A DNA stretch of 61,286 nt from IMG/VR virus record IMGVR_UViG_3300038551_000086, positions 1 through 61,286 of that record; one strand, given 5' to 3'. Both the position numbers and the translations under genes were made by a program. The DNA is from a virus. Taxonomy: Duplodnaviria > Caudoviricetes. Positions 1-9,448 of this stretch are shown here, one piece after another (position 1 is the stretch's first letter; every line of letters begins with the position of its first letter). The notes under the pieces were generated by a model. The model was not told where the DNA came from. It did no database searches and worked only from the letters and a program-made list of their open reading frames with translations.

Positions 1-127
1 TAAATTGATCTTCCGGCACATAGCCAAATTCAGCCTTGAACGATTCGATAACTCGCTGCTTTATTTTATCCACTTCACTACCTCCAAATTTTGTGATTAA
101 AAGCGGGGGATTGCTCCCCCTGGTTAT
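1..127. repeat. Terminal direct repeat identical to 61160..61286 (circularisation overlap)
   Basis: Exact 127-nt match; it cuts the ORF at 61047..61232; 127 is a common assembler k-mer. Confidence 0.95.
77..127 (-). repeat. 51-bp intergenic repeat, copy 1 (GGGGGA-GCAA-TCCCCC hairpin plus GGAGGT RBS on minus strand)
   Basis: Identical to 3176..3226. Confidence 0.9.
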
Positions 128-933
128 TGATTATTAATTTGCTTCAAAACATAAGCAGTGTTCCAGATGCCCCGGTTGTTGAAGTAACACTGCCAACATT
201 CATTGTAGGGCGACCATCGAAAACCGTAGCTTTTCAATAAATGCCGGGTTTCTTCGTCGGGTTTGCCGGGAAAAAATAATTGTATCCGGTTTTCTTCGGC
301 ATTCTCAACCATTCGAATATCGCCATATTCAATCTCGGTGGTTTCCCGGTTTTCGGTTTTCTCAAGTTGTTCAATCCGCTTTTTAACATTGCCGATATTT
401 TGACTTAAATTCGATAGCTCCCATTTGGGGTAAGGTTGTTTTTCCCAACTGTAAGCCTGTTCAATTTTCGCCGCAAGTCTTTTAATCCCTTCATCGGTAA
501 AACCGAGAGCTTTTAACGCTGAATCATCGTTCTTTTTCCCGGCATACTTGCGCCATGCCGCATTAACCGCTTTCATGTTTTCCCGTTCCGCTTCGAGTTT
601 CTCAAGTTTTTCCTTTAGCAATATAACCGCTTCGGGATCATCGGAAGAAATTGCCCGGTTATTTTCCGCAGCCTTAGCGCGTTCTTCCAGGTGTTCGGCT
701 TTCCGGTTTTCCTCAACCATTTTAAACATGTGATTTCTTGACCGCTCCAAAGTGCGCCGATGGGATTTTTCGGAATAATGCCCGACTAATATCGGTTGAC
801 CGAAGGGAATATGCTCAACCAACGAATCAGAATATTTTTTGTGTTGCTCTGCCTTGTCACGGGCTTTTTCTGCACGTTCTTTCAAGCGTTCAATCCGCGC
901 CGCTTTCTTTGCTTCGTACTGTTCTTTAGTCAT
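124..933 (-). CDS. DUF3560-like domain protein
   Basis: IPFGQPILVGHYSEKSHRR motif, coiled-coil, C-terminal RIQLFFPGKP...GFRWSP; GGAGGT RBS. Confidence 0.8.
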   Translation of the reverse strand: MTKEQYEAKKAARIERLKERAEKARDKAEQHKKYSDSLVEHIPFGQPILVGHYSEKSHRRTLERSRNHMFKMVEENRKAEHLEERAKAAENNRAISSDDPEAVILLKEKLEKLEAERENMKAVNAAWRKYAGKKNDDSALKALGFTDEGIKRLAAKIEQAYSWEKQPYPKWELSNLSQNIGNVKKRIEQLEKTENRETTEIEYGDIRMVENAEENRIQLFFPGKPDEETRHLLKSYGFRWSPYNECWQCYFNNRGIWNTAYVLKQINNQ

Positions 934-983
934 GGTTTACTACCTCCATTTAAATTTAAGGCGGCGCAAGGCCGCCGGTGAAA

Positions 984-1007
984 CGGCGCTCACGTGAGCA
1001 AGCGCCG
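984..1007. repeat. 24-bp repeat CGGCGCTCACGTGAGCAAGCGCCG containing palindrome GCTCACGTGAGC
   Basis: Second identical copy at 3233..3256. Confidence 0.85.
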
Positions 1008-1022
1008 AGGGATTTAATCAAT

Positions 1023-1229
1023 TTATTGCGCCCAAATTTCAGTACCGGATTTATCGACAATTTGAAAATCATCAATAGCAAAATCGAAAAACCCGCCAGT
1101 CAATTCGAGAAGTTTATCAATACAAAGATTTTTCGCTTCTTCAAAGTCTTTCGCTTCGACGTTAAACGATCCGGTTTCGTTCGGAGTTTTATAATACGTG
1201 TAATAGATATAATTACAAGTGTATCGCAT
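1023..1229 (-). CDS. Hypothetical early protein
   Basis: GAGGT RBS, co-oriented small-gene cluster. Confidence 0.7.
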   Translation of the reverse strand: MRYTCNYIYYTYYKTPNETGSFNVEAKDFEEAKNLCIDKLLELTGGFFDFAIDDFQIVDKSGTEIWAQ

Positions 1230-1397
1230 TTCAACCTCACAAAATTACAATCATTAAACAAGCGCCCACCACCGCAGCGATGAGCAACAATTCAAAAAAA
1301 CCAAGCCGGAATGCCGGAACACTCCGCTATGTTGCAAGCGGTAAAACTTGGTCAAATTCGATTCGATCTGAAACATAAGAGGGAATGGGGGAGAGTT

Positions 1398-1595
1398 TCA
1401 ATTTTTCACCCCCTTTAATTTAGTAGGATACTGTTCAGTACCGCATGAAAAACCGCGCCCGTGAAAAATACCGCTTGAAAATGTGCAACTTGCGCCGTTT
1501 TCGGGCAGAGTGCCATTAATCGCAGTTACGCGATAATAGCAACCGCCCATATCAACATAAATTTTTCCGTCAGAATGATGATAAATTTTATACAT
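1398..1595 (-). CDS. Hypothetical early protein
   Basis: GGAGGTG RBS. Confidence 0.65.
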   Translation of the reverse strand: MYKIYHHSDGKIYVDMGGCYYRVTAINGTLPENGASCTFSSGIFHGRGFSCGTEQYPTKLKGVKN

Positions 1596-1728
1596 TTCAC
1601 ACCTCCGTTAAAATGTAGTTTTGGTTAGTTAGGTTAGCGGCAATAGATGGAATCAAACCATCTTGAAGGCTATCATCTTCAGCGCACCAGACACACTGCC
1701 AAAAGAAGGGGATAAAGCCCCCTTAAAA

Positions 1729-1986
1729 TTAATAGCAATCTTTTTCGCGTTTTTTCACCATTTCCGGCGGAACCTGAAAAACTTCATAGCGTTTGTGTCC
1801 AACTTCAACCAGAACTACGAAAATTTTGTCTTTTTTCCGAGTCAGCACTTCCCAAGCGGGACTGTAAGCATAAGGGGAAGGTATATCGGATTGACGAGGA
1901 ATATAACCGGCAATTTTCGCGTAACATTCACCATAGAATCGCGAAACCCCCGTATAGCTTGAAATCTTTTTGATACAATGCAGCAT
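1729..1986 (-). CDS. Hypothetical early protein
   Basis: GGAGGT RBS before ATG 1986. Confidence 0.65.
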   Translation of the reverse strand: MLHCIKKISSYTGVSRFYGECYAKIAGYIPRQSDIPSPYAYSPAWEVLTRKKDKIFVVLVEVGHKRYEVFQVPPEMVKKREKDCY

Positions 1987-2086
1987 GGTTACTACCTCCA
2001 AAAAATAAAATTAAACAACAGTGAATTAATTAGCGCCCGATGGCAGCGCAAACCGCCACCGGGCAAGGAATTAAGGGGAATTAAAT

Positions 2087-2401
2087 TCAATCAATTAATT
2101 CGTAAAACTCAGAAGAAGAAATACTGCTTAAAACTTCTTCATACAATCCTTGTAAATGCCAATCAAGATCGAAGTCAGGATCAATATCCACCGCATCAAA
2201 AGCGATCTTATTACTTTTTTCTTCTTTTTCCGCTTTATCCATTTCCGCCTGGAATGTTTTAAATTCCTGAAATTCTCCGGTTCCGTCTGTTCGATTCCAA
2301 GCTCCTTCGTTTATTGTTTCACCGCAGCGAGAGCAGAAAACGATCTTAACGATCTCCCCGATACCAAGTTCATTCCGGGATTGCCAAAAATGATTTGTCA
2401 T
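2087..2401 (-). CDS. Hypothetical early protein (CxxC, acidic)
   Basis: AGGAGGTG RBS before ATG 2401. Confidence 0.7.
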   Translation of the reverse strand: MTNHFWQSRNELGIGEIVKIVFCSRCGETINEGAWNRTDGTGEFQEFKTFQAEMDKAEKEEKSNKIAFDAVDIDPDFDLDWHLQGLYEEVLSSISSSEFYELID

Positions 2402-2448
2402 TCTAATCACCTCCTTTCGCCCTGAAGAGGGCGGTTAAGAGTTATCAA

Positions 2449-2494
2449 CACCCGCCTCCCGACCGCAAGCAGAACGGAAAGCGGGTTTTGGGGT
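2449..2494. repeat. ~45-bp intergenic repeat CACCCGCCTCCCGA(A)CCGCAAGCAGAA..GAAAGCGGGTTTTGGGG
   Basis: Near-identical copy at 60218..60265. Confidence 0.8.
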
Positions 2495-2501
2495 TATTTT
2501 A

Positions 2502-2753
2502 TCAAGAATTTTCGATCTGGTAACAAATTTCGTCAATATCCGCATTGTTCGGCAAATCCGCAATATCGGCTTCTTCCCATTCAAAGGGGCAGGTGAATTG
2601 ATTAGCTTCACCCACTTCCCCGGTTTTCTTATCAATCCAAGCGACCAAGCAGGAAAACGCCGACTGAGTATCTTCCCAAGAGCCGAAAAGAATGCCGAAT
2701 TGATTCTTATAGGCATTGCCAGCCCATTTCTTAATTCTAATTAATTTTGCCAT
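2502..2753 (-). CDS. Hypothetical early protein
   Basis: GAGGT RBS before ATG 2753. Confidence 0.7.
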   Translation of the reverse strand: MAKLIRIKKWAGNAYKNQFGILFGSWEDTQSAFSCLVAWIDKKTGEVGEANQFTCPFEWEEADIADLPNNADIDEICYQIENS

Positions 2754-2856
2754 CACTACCTCACTTTTTAAATGGCCGCCTGTTTTTTCGGGGCTTTCAA
2801 CTCTTAGATCAGGCGGATTGCCCCCGACCTTGCACCATGAGCGCAAGGTCACAGAG

Positions 2857-3171
2857 TTATCGAAAATAAATAATATAACCGTCGGGGCTTAATGCCTCCG
2901 CGCCGTTTTGATTGCTAAAAACATTTCCGCGCTTACCCTTTGCCGGGGCACGCCAAGAAGCTGACTTAAAAATATCTCCGGTTGAGAGATCGACAAAAGC
3001 AGACACGGAACATTGCGGACCCGTTCTCACTTCGATTTTAGCGTATTTTTTACCATAGTTAGGCGATACGCTGGATTTTTGCAACTCATAAGACTCAGGC
3101 GCAAGTTTTTTAATATGTTCGTTGCGCCGGGTTTCCAGAATTTTACAAAATTTCTCAATTGCTTCACGCAT
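2857..3171 (-). CDS. Conserved phage protein (DUF7717-like)
   Basis: GKKYAKI...AFVD..TGDIFKSASWRAPAKGKRGN motif. Confidence 0.75.
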   Translation of the reverse strand: MREAIEKFCKILETRRNEHIKKLAPESYELQKSSVSPNYGKKYAKIEVRTGPQCSVSAFVDLSTGDIFKSASWRAPAKGKRGNVFSNQNGAEALSPDGYIIYFR

Positions 3172-3175
3172 TTTT

Positions 3176-3226
3176 ACTACCTCCAAATTTTGTGATTAAA
3201 AGCGGGGGATTGCTCCCCCTGGTTAT
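3176..3226 (-). repeat. 51-bp intergenic repeat, copy 2
   Basis: Identical to 77..127. Confidence 0.9.
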
Positions 3227-3275
3227 AGTTTTCGGCGCTCACGTGAGCAAGCGCCGGGTTGATTGATTGAAAAGA

Positions 3276-3476
3276 TTACCAGACCCTCCACGTTTGCATT
3301 GTCCCACCGGAAAAAATATCTTTCTCGATATTTATACTAGATGGATCGACATAGGCAGAGCGCAAAATTTTATTCGCTTTTCTGTTTACGGCAGCCAATG
3401 ATTTCGCTTCTACGATCCTTATTCCTTCCAACTCGCCGTATCTGTTGAAAAATCTTATCATTATTTCAAAATTCAC
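3276..3476 (-). CDS. Hypothetical early protein
   Basis: GAGGAGGT RBS, GTG start. Confidence 0.65.
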   Translation of the reverse strand: MNFEIMIRFFNRYGELEGIRIVEAKSLAAVNRKANKILRSAYVDPSSINIEKDIFSGGTMQTWRVW

Positions 3477-3592
3477 GTTACCTCCTCAAAATAAAACGAT
3501 TATACACGCAGCGACCAGCGCACCAGCCGCCAACAATTCAAAGAAACCCAAACGGAACACGGTGAATGGTAACACATGTCAAATACATAAAT

Positions 3593-3608
3593 TGTGATGA
3601 ATATCACA
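3593..3608. promoter_or_regulatory. CRP/FNR-family-like box TGTGA-N6-TCACA
   Basis: TGTGAtgaataTCACA in the divergent intergenic region. Confidence 0.5.
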
Positions 3609-3925
3609 GAAATAAGAAAACAGAATTTAAAAGTGATTGCAAAACAATCAAAATTAAGCACTTAGAGAACACAAAAAAATTTAAGATGGTTGAAAATAAA
3701 AGGAAATGGTTGAATCAATCCAGGCGGTGACAGATTGCAACCAGGAGCAACCGCAAAACATAGCGACTTTGCCCGTGAAACGTCGGAATTTTCGCGTGAC
3801 ACACTTTTAAGGTGGTTTGTTATACCCGGAATCTTGCGCTTATCCTGAACGATTTTACGCCTATTTCAGAAAAAACTTGCAAAAACAAGTCAATTAAGCG
3901 TATTTTTCCGCAAAAAAAGAGAGAA

Positions 3926-4390
3926 ATGAACAATCTAACCCTTGAAACCACTACCGGGAAAATACAAATCCCTCTCAAACTTAAAGAACCGACAAGACCA
4001 CAATATAAACTCACTATCCCCAAACAGACAAAAATCCTCAAATTCCTGGCGAAAAGGTGGAACTTTACAAAAGCGGCCGCAAGTGTAGGAGTAGACCGCA
4101 AAGCGATTAGCCACCACATTGAAAACGAAACAGATTTCGGAAAAGCTATTTTAGCCTTGAAAGAAGCAAAGAACGACGACGTGAGGGAAGTAATTATCAC
4201 AATGGCTTCCGAGCCTACGCGCGAAGGTTTCAACGACCGCAAACTTTACGCAGAAGCGAATCTTCCGGAATACAAGAGAAATGCCGATCAAATCAATGTA
4301 GCGGTCCAAGTCAACACCGGCGAAGCAACCACCCGGATAATCCAGCTTACCAAACAAATTCCCAACCAGCTCACCGACGGCAAAAAGTAG
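3926..4390 (+). CDS. Probable terminase small subunit
   Basis: N-terminal HTH (FTKAAASVGVDRKAISHH), helical core ending LPEYKR, beta tail INVAVQVN. Confidence 0.65.
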   Translation: MNNLTLETTTGKIQIPLKLKEPTRPQYKLTIPKQTKILKFLAKRWNFTKAAASVGVDRKAISHHIENETDFGKAILALKEAKNDDVREVIITMASEPTREGFNDRKLYAEANLPEYKRNADQINVAVQVNTGEATTRIIQLTKQIPNQLTDGKK

Positions 4391-4925
4391 TATCTTTTTG
4401 TTCACTTTTCCAGGCTACACTTCCGAAAATAATCCTTTTTGGAAGTGCTGAAAGTGGCATCCAGCAACGATTCCCGCCAAAATGCCGTACCGAAAATTGC
4501 CCTACATCCAGCAACCACCGCAGCGATCCGGCACATCTATAATGTAGCGCACATGACCAGGCGCACCGATCCGCAGCGATCCGCCACCGCAGACCCCGTG
4601 TGTGTGCCCGACCCCCGGCCGCCAGGGAAATGCGGTAGCGCAGCGTGGGTGTGGATGTGGGCGTGACGATGGATCAACAGCAGACAATATTATTTATAAT
4701 ACAAGTTCAGTCGAAATTTTCAACAATGCAGTGTTTCGCTTTTTCTGTATGTTAGGTTTTATTTAGCCGGGTGTGTCTCATTTTTCTGATTTAAGCAGAT
4801 TTAGTAATTTTTGAGAATAATTCCCTGCCCCAAAATTTTTTTTGCATATAAGGGCGGATTCTCATTTTTGAGTTTCCGCCTTTTTTTTTATTGCGGAATT
4901 GAGTTGAGTTTAGTAGATTTGGGTT

Positions 4926-5198
4926 ATGGAAAGTATGCTAACCGATATTGCGAATGGAATCAGGCTATTGAGCATTGAGGGAGTAGATCGCCGGAACATG
5001 GTGATTGTGGTGAATTTGCTCGGCATGAAGAATCTCGTTTCTGCGATGAACGGAGATTCTTGCGGCGCGGTGGTTTCGGTTAGTCGTGTGTTTGACATTC
5101 CGGTTGAAGTTGACATGCTTGTTGAGGCGGACGATGGGTTTATGGTGTGTGACAGGCGGAAGTATTTGCAAGGGAGGGAGATTAGAAATGGAGAATGA
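4926..5198 (+). CDS. Hypothetical protein
   Basis: ORF starting a co-oriented overlapping cluster. Confidence 0.55.
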   Translation: MESMLTDIANGIRLLSIEGVDRRNMVIVVNLLGMKNLVSAMNGDSCGAVVSVSRVFDIPVEVDMLVEADDGFMVCDRRKYLQGREIRNGE

Positions 5199-5252
5199 TG
5201 TTTTTGCTTTTAAAGTTATATAGGCACGCGAATAGTTAATGCAAATGATTTA

Positions 5253-5648
5253 TTGAAGTTAAGCCCTTTTTTTTTGCTAAGTTCAATAAAAACAACAGAA
5301 GTGGATTTAAGTGATTGGAAAACAATGAGTAATCGCCTTGAAATGGTAATTAAAATTCAGGTCACAATTCCACAGGCTTTAGCATTGCAAGCGATGTTTG
5401 AATATTGGAATCAACTTGCGGGGTGGGGTGGCAGTCGAACGGTGGGTTTTTTCGTTGACGGGGATGGTGATTTTAAGCCTAAATGTGAAATTTCTTTTTC
5501 TGGCGACGTTCCGAAGATGAACAAAGAAATTGCGGAAATGGCAATTTCGGAAGATGATAACGGAAATAGAAATTTTGATTATGATACAATAGCATGGTTT
5601 TTAAGAGAGGGCAAGGATGCTCGAAACACTAAATTATCTAACCTGTGA
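5253..5648 (+). CDS. Hypothetical phage protein (start may be ATG 5325)
   Basis: GWGGSRTVGFFVDGDGDFKP motif. Confidence 0.65.
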   Translation: MKLSPFFLLSSIKTTEVDLSDWKTMSNRLEMVIKIQVTIPQALALQAMFEYWNQLAGWGGSRTVGFFVDGDGDFKPKCEISFSGDVPKMNKEIAEMAISEDDNGNRNFDYDTIAWFLREGKDARNTKLSNL

Positions 5649-5838
5649 CATCTGCAAAAAGAAGGTAAAGCAGGAAGATTCTTTTGGCTGGTATAAGATC
5701 GAGGCAAAGAGTTTTATGATACACGCAGAGGCGCGGAAAGATGTTCTTTGGTCACAGATGGTTGACAAGGATCGGCATTACTGTTCCGGCGAGTGTCTGC
5801 GGAAAGAAATCAGGATATTAACCGAGCTCCCCTACTGA
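5617..5838 (+). CDS. Small zinc-finger protein
   Basis: CDIC...HYCSGEC; GAGG RBS. Confidence 0.65.
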   Translation: MLETLNYLTCDICKKKVKQEDSFGWYKIEAKSFMIHAEARKDVLWSQMVDKDRHYCSGECLRKEIRILTELPY

Positions 5839-5840
5839 CT

Positions 5841-6167
5841 ATGCTAAAATTCGCCGCATCGTGGAAAGAAATTCGTAGAAGTATTACAAGAGATTTGTTC
5901 TTTGGCATAAAAGAAGAATCAAAAAAGAAAATCACCAATCCGAGAAAAGCGGCAAAGAAGTTCAATCTTGATTTCGAGCATCGTTGTTGTTTTCGGAATC
6001 AGTTGAATTACAAAGGGCTTCGTAATGGAAACGGAGAAATTGTTGAAGTTCTGATGCAAAGCAGAAAGATAGGTTTATACAAGGTGACTTCCGAAAGATA
6101 CAATTATGCCTTTGAGGATACCGGGCAACGTAATTGGAAATTTGAATTTCAGGGATACAAGGAATGA
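5841..6167 (+). CDS. Hypothetical protein
   Basis: ORF with ATGA overlap to next gene. Confidence 0.55.
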   Translation: MLKFAASWKEIRRSITRDLFFGIKEESKKKITNPRKAAKKFNLDFEHRCCFRNQLNYKGLRNGNGEIVEVLMQSRKIGLYKVTSERYNYAFEDTGQRNWKFEFQGYKE

Positions 6168-6367
6168 GCAAACTAATCCCCGTTGGTGACTGGCTGATAG
6201 ACCCGGATGAAGTGACGGGAATCGGCTTGTCTTGGAGCAAAGAGGAAGAATTGCGCGTTTGTTTCGAGATTGTCATTGACGGATGTGTAATTGAAATCAG
6301 GGGCAGTAAAGAAGAAATGAAACGTGCGCGGCTGAAGTTGATGGAAGTGAAAGGGATTGAATTGTGA
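6164..6367 (+). CDS. Hypothetical protein
   Basis: AAGGA RBS, coupled overlaps. Confidence 0.6.
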   Translation: MSKLIPVGDWLIDPDEVTGIGLSWSKEEELRVCFEIVIDGCVIEIRGSKEEMKRARLKLMEVKGIEL

Positions 6368-7044
6368 GAGAATTTTTAAACATAGACTGCATGGATGCCG
6401 AGCGCGGATTGCCAAGTTATCCAGATAAGTTTTTCTCATTATCCATAGTTGACCCGCCCTATGGAATAGGAGAAGATGGTTTAAAGAATCATTCAAGGAG
6501 AAAATTAGCAAAACCGACTTTGTATATTCCCAAAAATTGGGATAGAGAACCGCCGAAGCATGATTATTTCCAGGAATTATTCAGAATATCAAAGAATCAA
6601 ATCATTTTTGGCGGGAATTATTACGGATTACCCGCAACATTTTGTTATATCGTTTGGGATAAAGACAATAGTGGAGATTTTGCGGATTGTGAATTGGCAT
6701 GGACTTCTTTTAAATCGGCGGTTAGAAAATTTAAATATCGTTGGAATGGGATGCTTCAAGAAAATATGAAATTCAAAGAAACCCGCATCCATCCCACCCA
6801 AAAGCCCATTGCCCTTTATCGCTGGCTACTTGAAAACTACGCCAAACCCGGCGACCTGATTCTTGACACCCGCGTCGGCTCTGCATCCTCTCTGATTGCC
6901 TGTGAGGCGTTGGGCTTTGAATACGTGGGTTACGAAATCGACAAAGATTATTATGAAGCGGCGGTAAAGCGCATTGAAAACTGGCGCAGCCTGCCGCTAT
7001 TCGATGAACCGAAACAGCCCGAACAAACAAAGCTGGCGATATGA
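6364..7044 (+). CDS. Orphan N6-adenine/N4-cytosine DNA methyltransferase (beta class)
   Basis: DPPY catalytic motif, HPTQKP, SAM-binding DTRVGSAS, GYEID. Confidence 0.92.
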   Translation: MREFLNIDCMDAERGLPSYPDKFFSLSIVDPPYGIGEDGLKNHSRRKLAKPTLYIPKNWDREPPKHDYFQELFRISKNQIIFGGNYYGLPATFCYIVWDKDNSGDFADCELAWTSFKSAVRKFKYRWNGMLQENMKFKETRIHPTQKPIALYRWLLENYAKPGDLILDTRVGSASSLIACEALGFEYVGYEIDKDYYEAAVKRIENWRSLPLFDEPKQPEQTKLAI

Positions 7045-7265
7045 ACGAACTTGAAACCATTGAATTAATCAACGGAGTCGGCGGAACGGAGAGGATTAAG
7101 ATACCCGCAGACGGTAGGAATGAATATCACGTGCCGTTTGTTTGTATTTACGATTCGCTGCCGATGTTCCACTATGTTTACCGGAGAGTTGGGAATAGTC
7201 ATGTATTTGACTACAAAGGGATTGAGAAGATTGACCGAGGAACGATGGCACGAGAAACAGGCTGA
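7041..7265 (+). CDS. Hypothetical protein
   Basis: ATGA overlap with the MTase. Confidence 0.5.
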   Translation: MNELETIELINGVGGTERIKIPADGRNEYHVPFVCIYDSLPMFHYVYRRVGNSHVFDYKGIEKIDRGTMARETG

Positions 7266-7387
7266 GGAATGGCACAGGGAGCTTGTTTCAACACCTTTTG
7301 AAAAACTTTCTGATTTTGACAGGGAAGTTGTCGAAAATATCAAAAGGAATTATCCGAAATATTACCGTAAACTAAAGGGGAAAAGAG

Positions 7388-8263
7388 ATGAAGAAGGCAG
7401 TAATAGGGTTAAGTGGCGGTATAGATTCGTGTTGGGCTTTAAAGTGCGCGATTGACGATGGGTTCGAGATAAAAGCGGCAGTCACTTTTGATAACCATTG
7501 GGACACGGAGATAGCCGCAAACAATCGCCACCGGGTTTGCAAGTATTTCAATGTGTCAAACATCGTCAAAAAGACACCAAAAGAGGAATTTTTCAAAATT
7601 CAGAGAGCGTTTTTATACGCTTCGACAATGGATGCCGAAGCACCTTCCGATTTGGGAATCAAGAAAACATTGATTGACGCGCTGGACGAGTTTGGCGCGG
7701 ATATAATCATCACCGGCGGGAATACCCGCACCGAAGGCAGGATGCCGAAAGAGTGGAGCATGATTGACGGGCGGTATTTGCGCGACGTTTGCGCGAAATA
7801 CCGGGTTGATTTGAAGGAATACAAGGTATTATCCCTCGTGAATCAATACCGCTACAATAAGAAAAACCTTGAAATACTCGAATACGATAAAAGCTATAAT
7901 CCTACCCTTGCGAAACAGACTTTAAATAAGTTATGCGGCTGGCAGGATTACGGCGGGAAACACGAAGAAAGTGTATATACCCGTTTTGTAAGAGGATTGC
8001 GCTTCTACAAATTCGGTATTGACGTGCGGATCATCGAATTTAAGGCGAAAGTCAATTCGGGATTAATGACGGTTGACGAAATGGTTGAGGAATTATCTCA
8101 CCCTATCGTCACGCCGGAACAGTTCAAAAGAGACTGTGCATTGGTGCAGTTGAAACTCCGTGTCGATATAGATCACATTTTAAAACAGGGAATGAGAACC
8201 TACCGGGAGTTCAAAACATACCGGGAAAATCCGCTTGTGAAGGCGGTGAAATGGATAATATAG
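7388..8263 (+). CDS. N-acetyl sugar amidotransferase-like PP-loop ATPase (WbpG/WbuX-like)
   Basis: GLSGGIDS PP-loop, FDNHW, IITGGN..TEG.MP..W, WQDYGGKHEESVYTRF, FGID.R. Confidence 0.82.
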   Translation: MKKAVIGLSGGIDSCWALKCAIDDGFEIKAAVTFDNHWDTEIAANNRHRVCKYFNVSNIVKKTPKEEFFKIQRAFLYASTMDAEAPSDLGIKKTLIDALDEFGADIIITGGNTRTEGRMPKEWSMIDGRYLRDVCAKYRVDLKEYKVLSLVNQYRYNKKNLEILEYDKSYNPTLAKQTLNKLCGWQDYGGKHEESVYTRFVRGLRFYKFGIDVRIIEFKAKVNSGLMTVDEMVEELSHPIVTPEQFKRDCALVQLKLRVDIDHILKQGMRTYREFKTYRENPLVKAVKWII

Positions 8264-8658
8264 GCAGAAAAAAAGCGGTATTTGACAGGCAGAGAAGTTA
8301 CTACCAGACTGTTTCGATGGTTATCCAGACGATTCTGCTCATAACTTTAAATTTGGGTGTTTGGGGCTGGCATTGGTGGTATTTGCTGTTTATTCCTCTC
8401 TTTTTTGTATTTTTTATTCTATATAAGCGTTTTGTGCACTATGATAAAAAGATCATTTTGACTCAAGAGCAGGAGTTCCTTCACCGCAACAGCCCCGTCT
8501 TTAACGAAATGCAGCAAAAACTTGAAAGAATACTTGAAAAGTTAAATGAAAATATCAGTTATCATCCCCACCTACAACGCCGGGGAAACAATCGGAAGAA
8601 CAATCGAATCGGTTCAGTGGCAAAAGGGTGGATTCGACTTGGAAATTCTCTGCTGTGA
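8251..8658 (+). CDS. Small membrane protein
   Basis: Long hydrophobic segment VIQTILLITLNLGVWGWHWWYLLFIPLFFVFFILY. Confidence 0.6.
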   Translation: MDNIGRKKAVFDRQRSYYQTVSMVIQTILLITLNLGVWGWHWWYLLFIPLFFVFFILYKRFVHYDKKIILTQEQEFLHRNSPVFNEMQQKLERILEKLNENISYHPHLQRRGNNRKNNRIGSVAKGWIRLGNSLL

Positions 8659-9448
8659 CGATGCTTCTTCCGACAACACCCGCGATGTTGCTCAAAAAGC
8701 GGGTGCGGAAGTAATAACCTGGCGGGGCAACTCCGGCGGTCCCAACAAAGGGCGCAATATCGGGCTTGAACGGGCGACGGGTGAGTATATCTGCTTCCTG
8801 GATCAGGATGATCAGTGGCTCCCCCACAAATTATTGCTTCAAGAAAAGTGTTGCAGATTGCACAGCGTTCCGATCTGCTTCACCGAGTTTATGATTGTCG
8901 GCAAAGATTATGTTGACATTATCGGGAAACGGGAACGGATTGCGGTTAAAGAGCCGAGAAATGAGTTATTTCTTAAAATGCTCAGGCGGGATAAACGGTA
9001 TTGGGATGCGCTTTGTAACGTGTCGTCCACGATGATTCACCGCAGTTTGGGGCATATTTGGTTTGAAGAAAAGTTTGGATTTGCCGACTATGACTATTAC
9101 CTGCAATTATTAGAAGGGCAGGAAACCGGGTATGTGTCAGAGATCTTGGTGCAAAGGAATGTGGGATATAACAATCTATCGCTCAACGGCTACTACCGGG
9201 CGGTGGATTACCATTATAACAACTTAGTATTAGAGACTTATTACGACAACTACCCGGATGAAGTGGAAAAGGGTAAGAGAAATCTGTCTGGAACACTGGC
9301 AAGGTATTTCTATCTTTCCAACAATATGCGCCGGGCGCGATACTACTTCCGCCGGGCGGGGTTTAACTGGAAAATCATAGCGTATTATTTAACAAGTTAT
9401 TTGGGGCATAAATGGGTAAAAAGAAATTTCCGAATCTTTGGGACATAA
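8546..9448 (+). CDS. Glycosyltransferase family 2
   Basis: ISVIIPTYN, CDDASSDNT, RNIGL..ATGEYICFLDQDD. Confidence 0.93.
   Translation: MKISVIIPTYNAGETIGRTIESVQWQKGGFDLEILCCDDASSDNTRDVAQKAGAEVITWRGNSGGPNKGRNIGLERATGEYICFLDQDDQWLPHKLLLQEKCCRLHSVPICFTEFMIVGKDYVDIIGKRERIAVKEPRNELFLKMLRRDKRYWDALCNVSSTMIHRSLGHIWFEEKFGFADYDYYLQLLEGQETGYVSEILVQRNVGYNNLSLNGYYRAVDYHYNNLVLETYYDNYPDEVEKGKRNLSGTLARYFYLSNNMRRARYYFRRAGFNWKIIAYYLTSYLGHKWVKRNFRIFGT

Noticed and set aside
77-3256. Early-region repeats as a CRISPR or mini-CRISPR array
   Set aside because: Repeats are dispersed, of several types, separated by whole genes; no cas genes
6364-7044. Complete restriction-modification system
   Set aside because: No cognate endonuclease nearby; orphan methyltransferases are routine in phages
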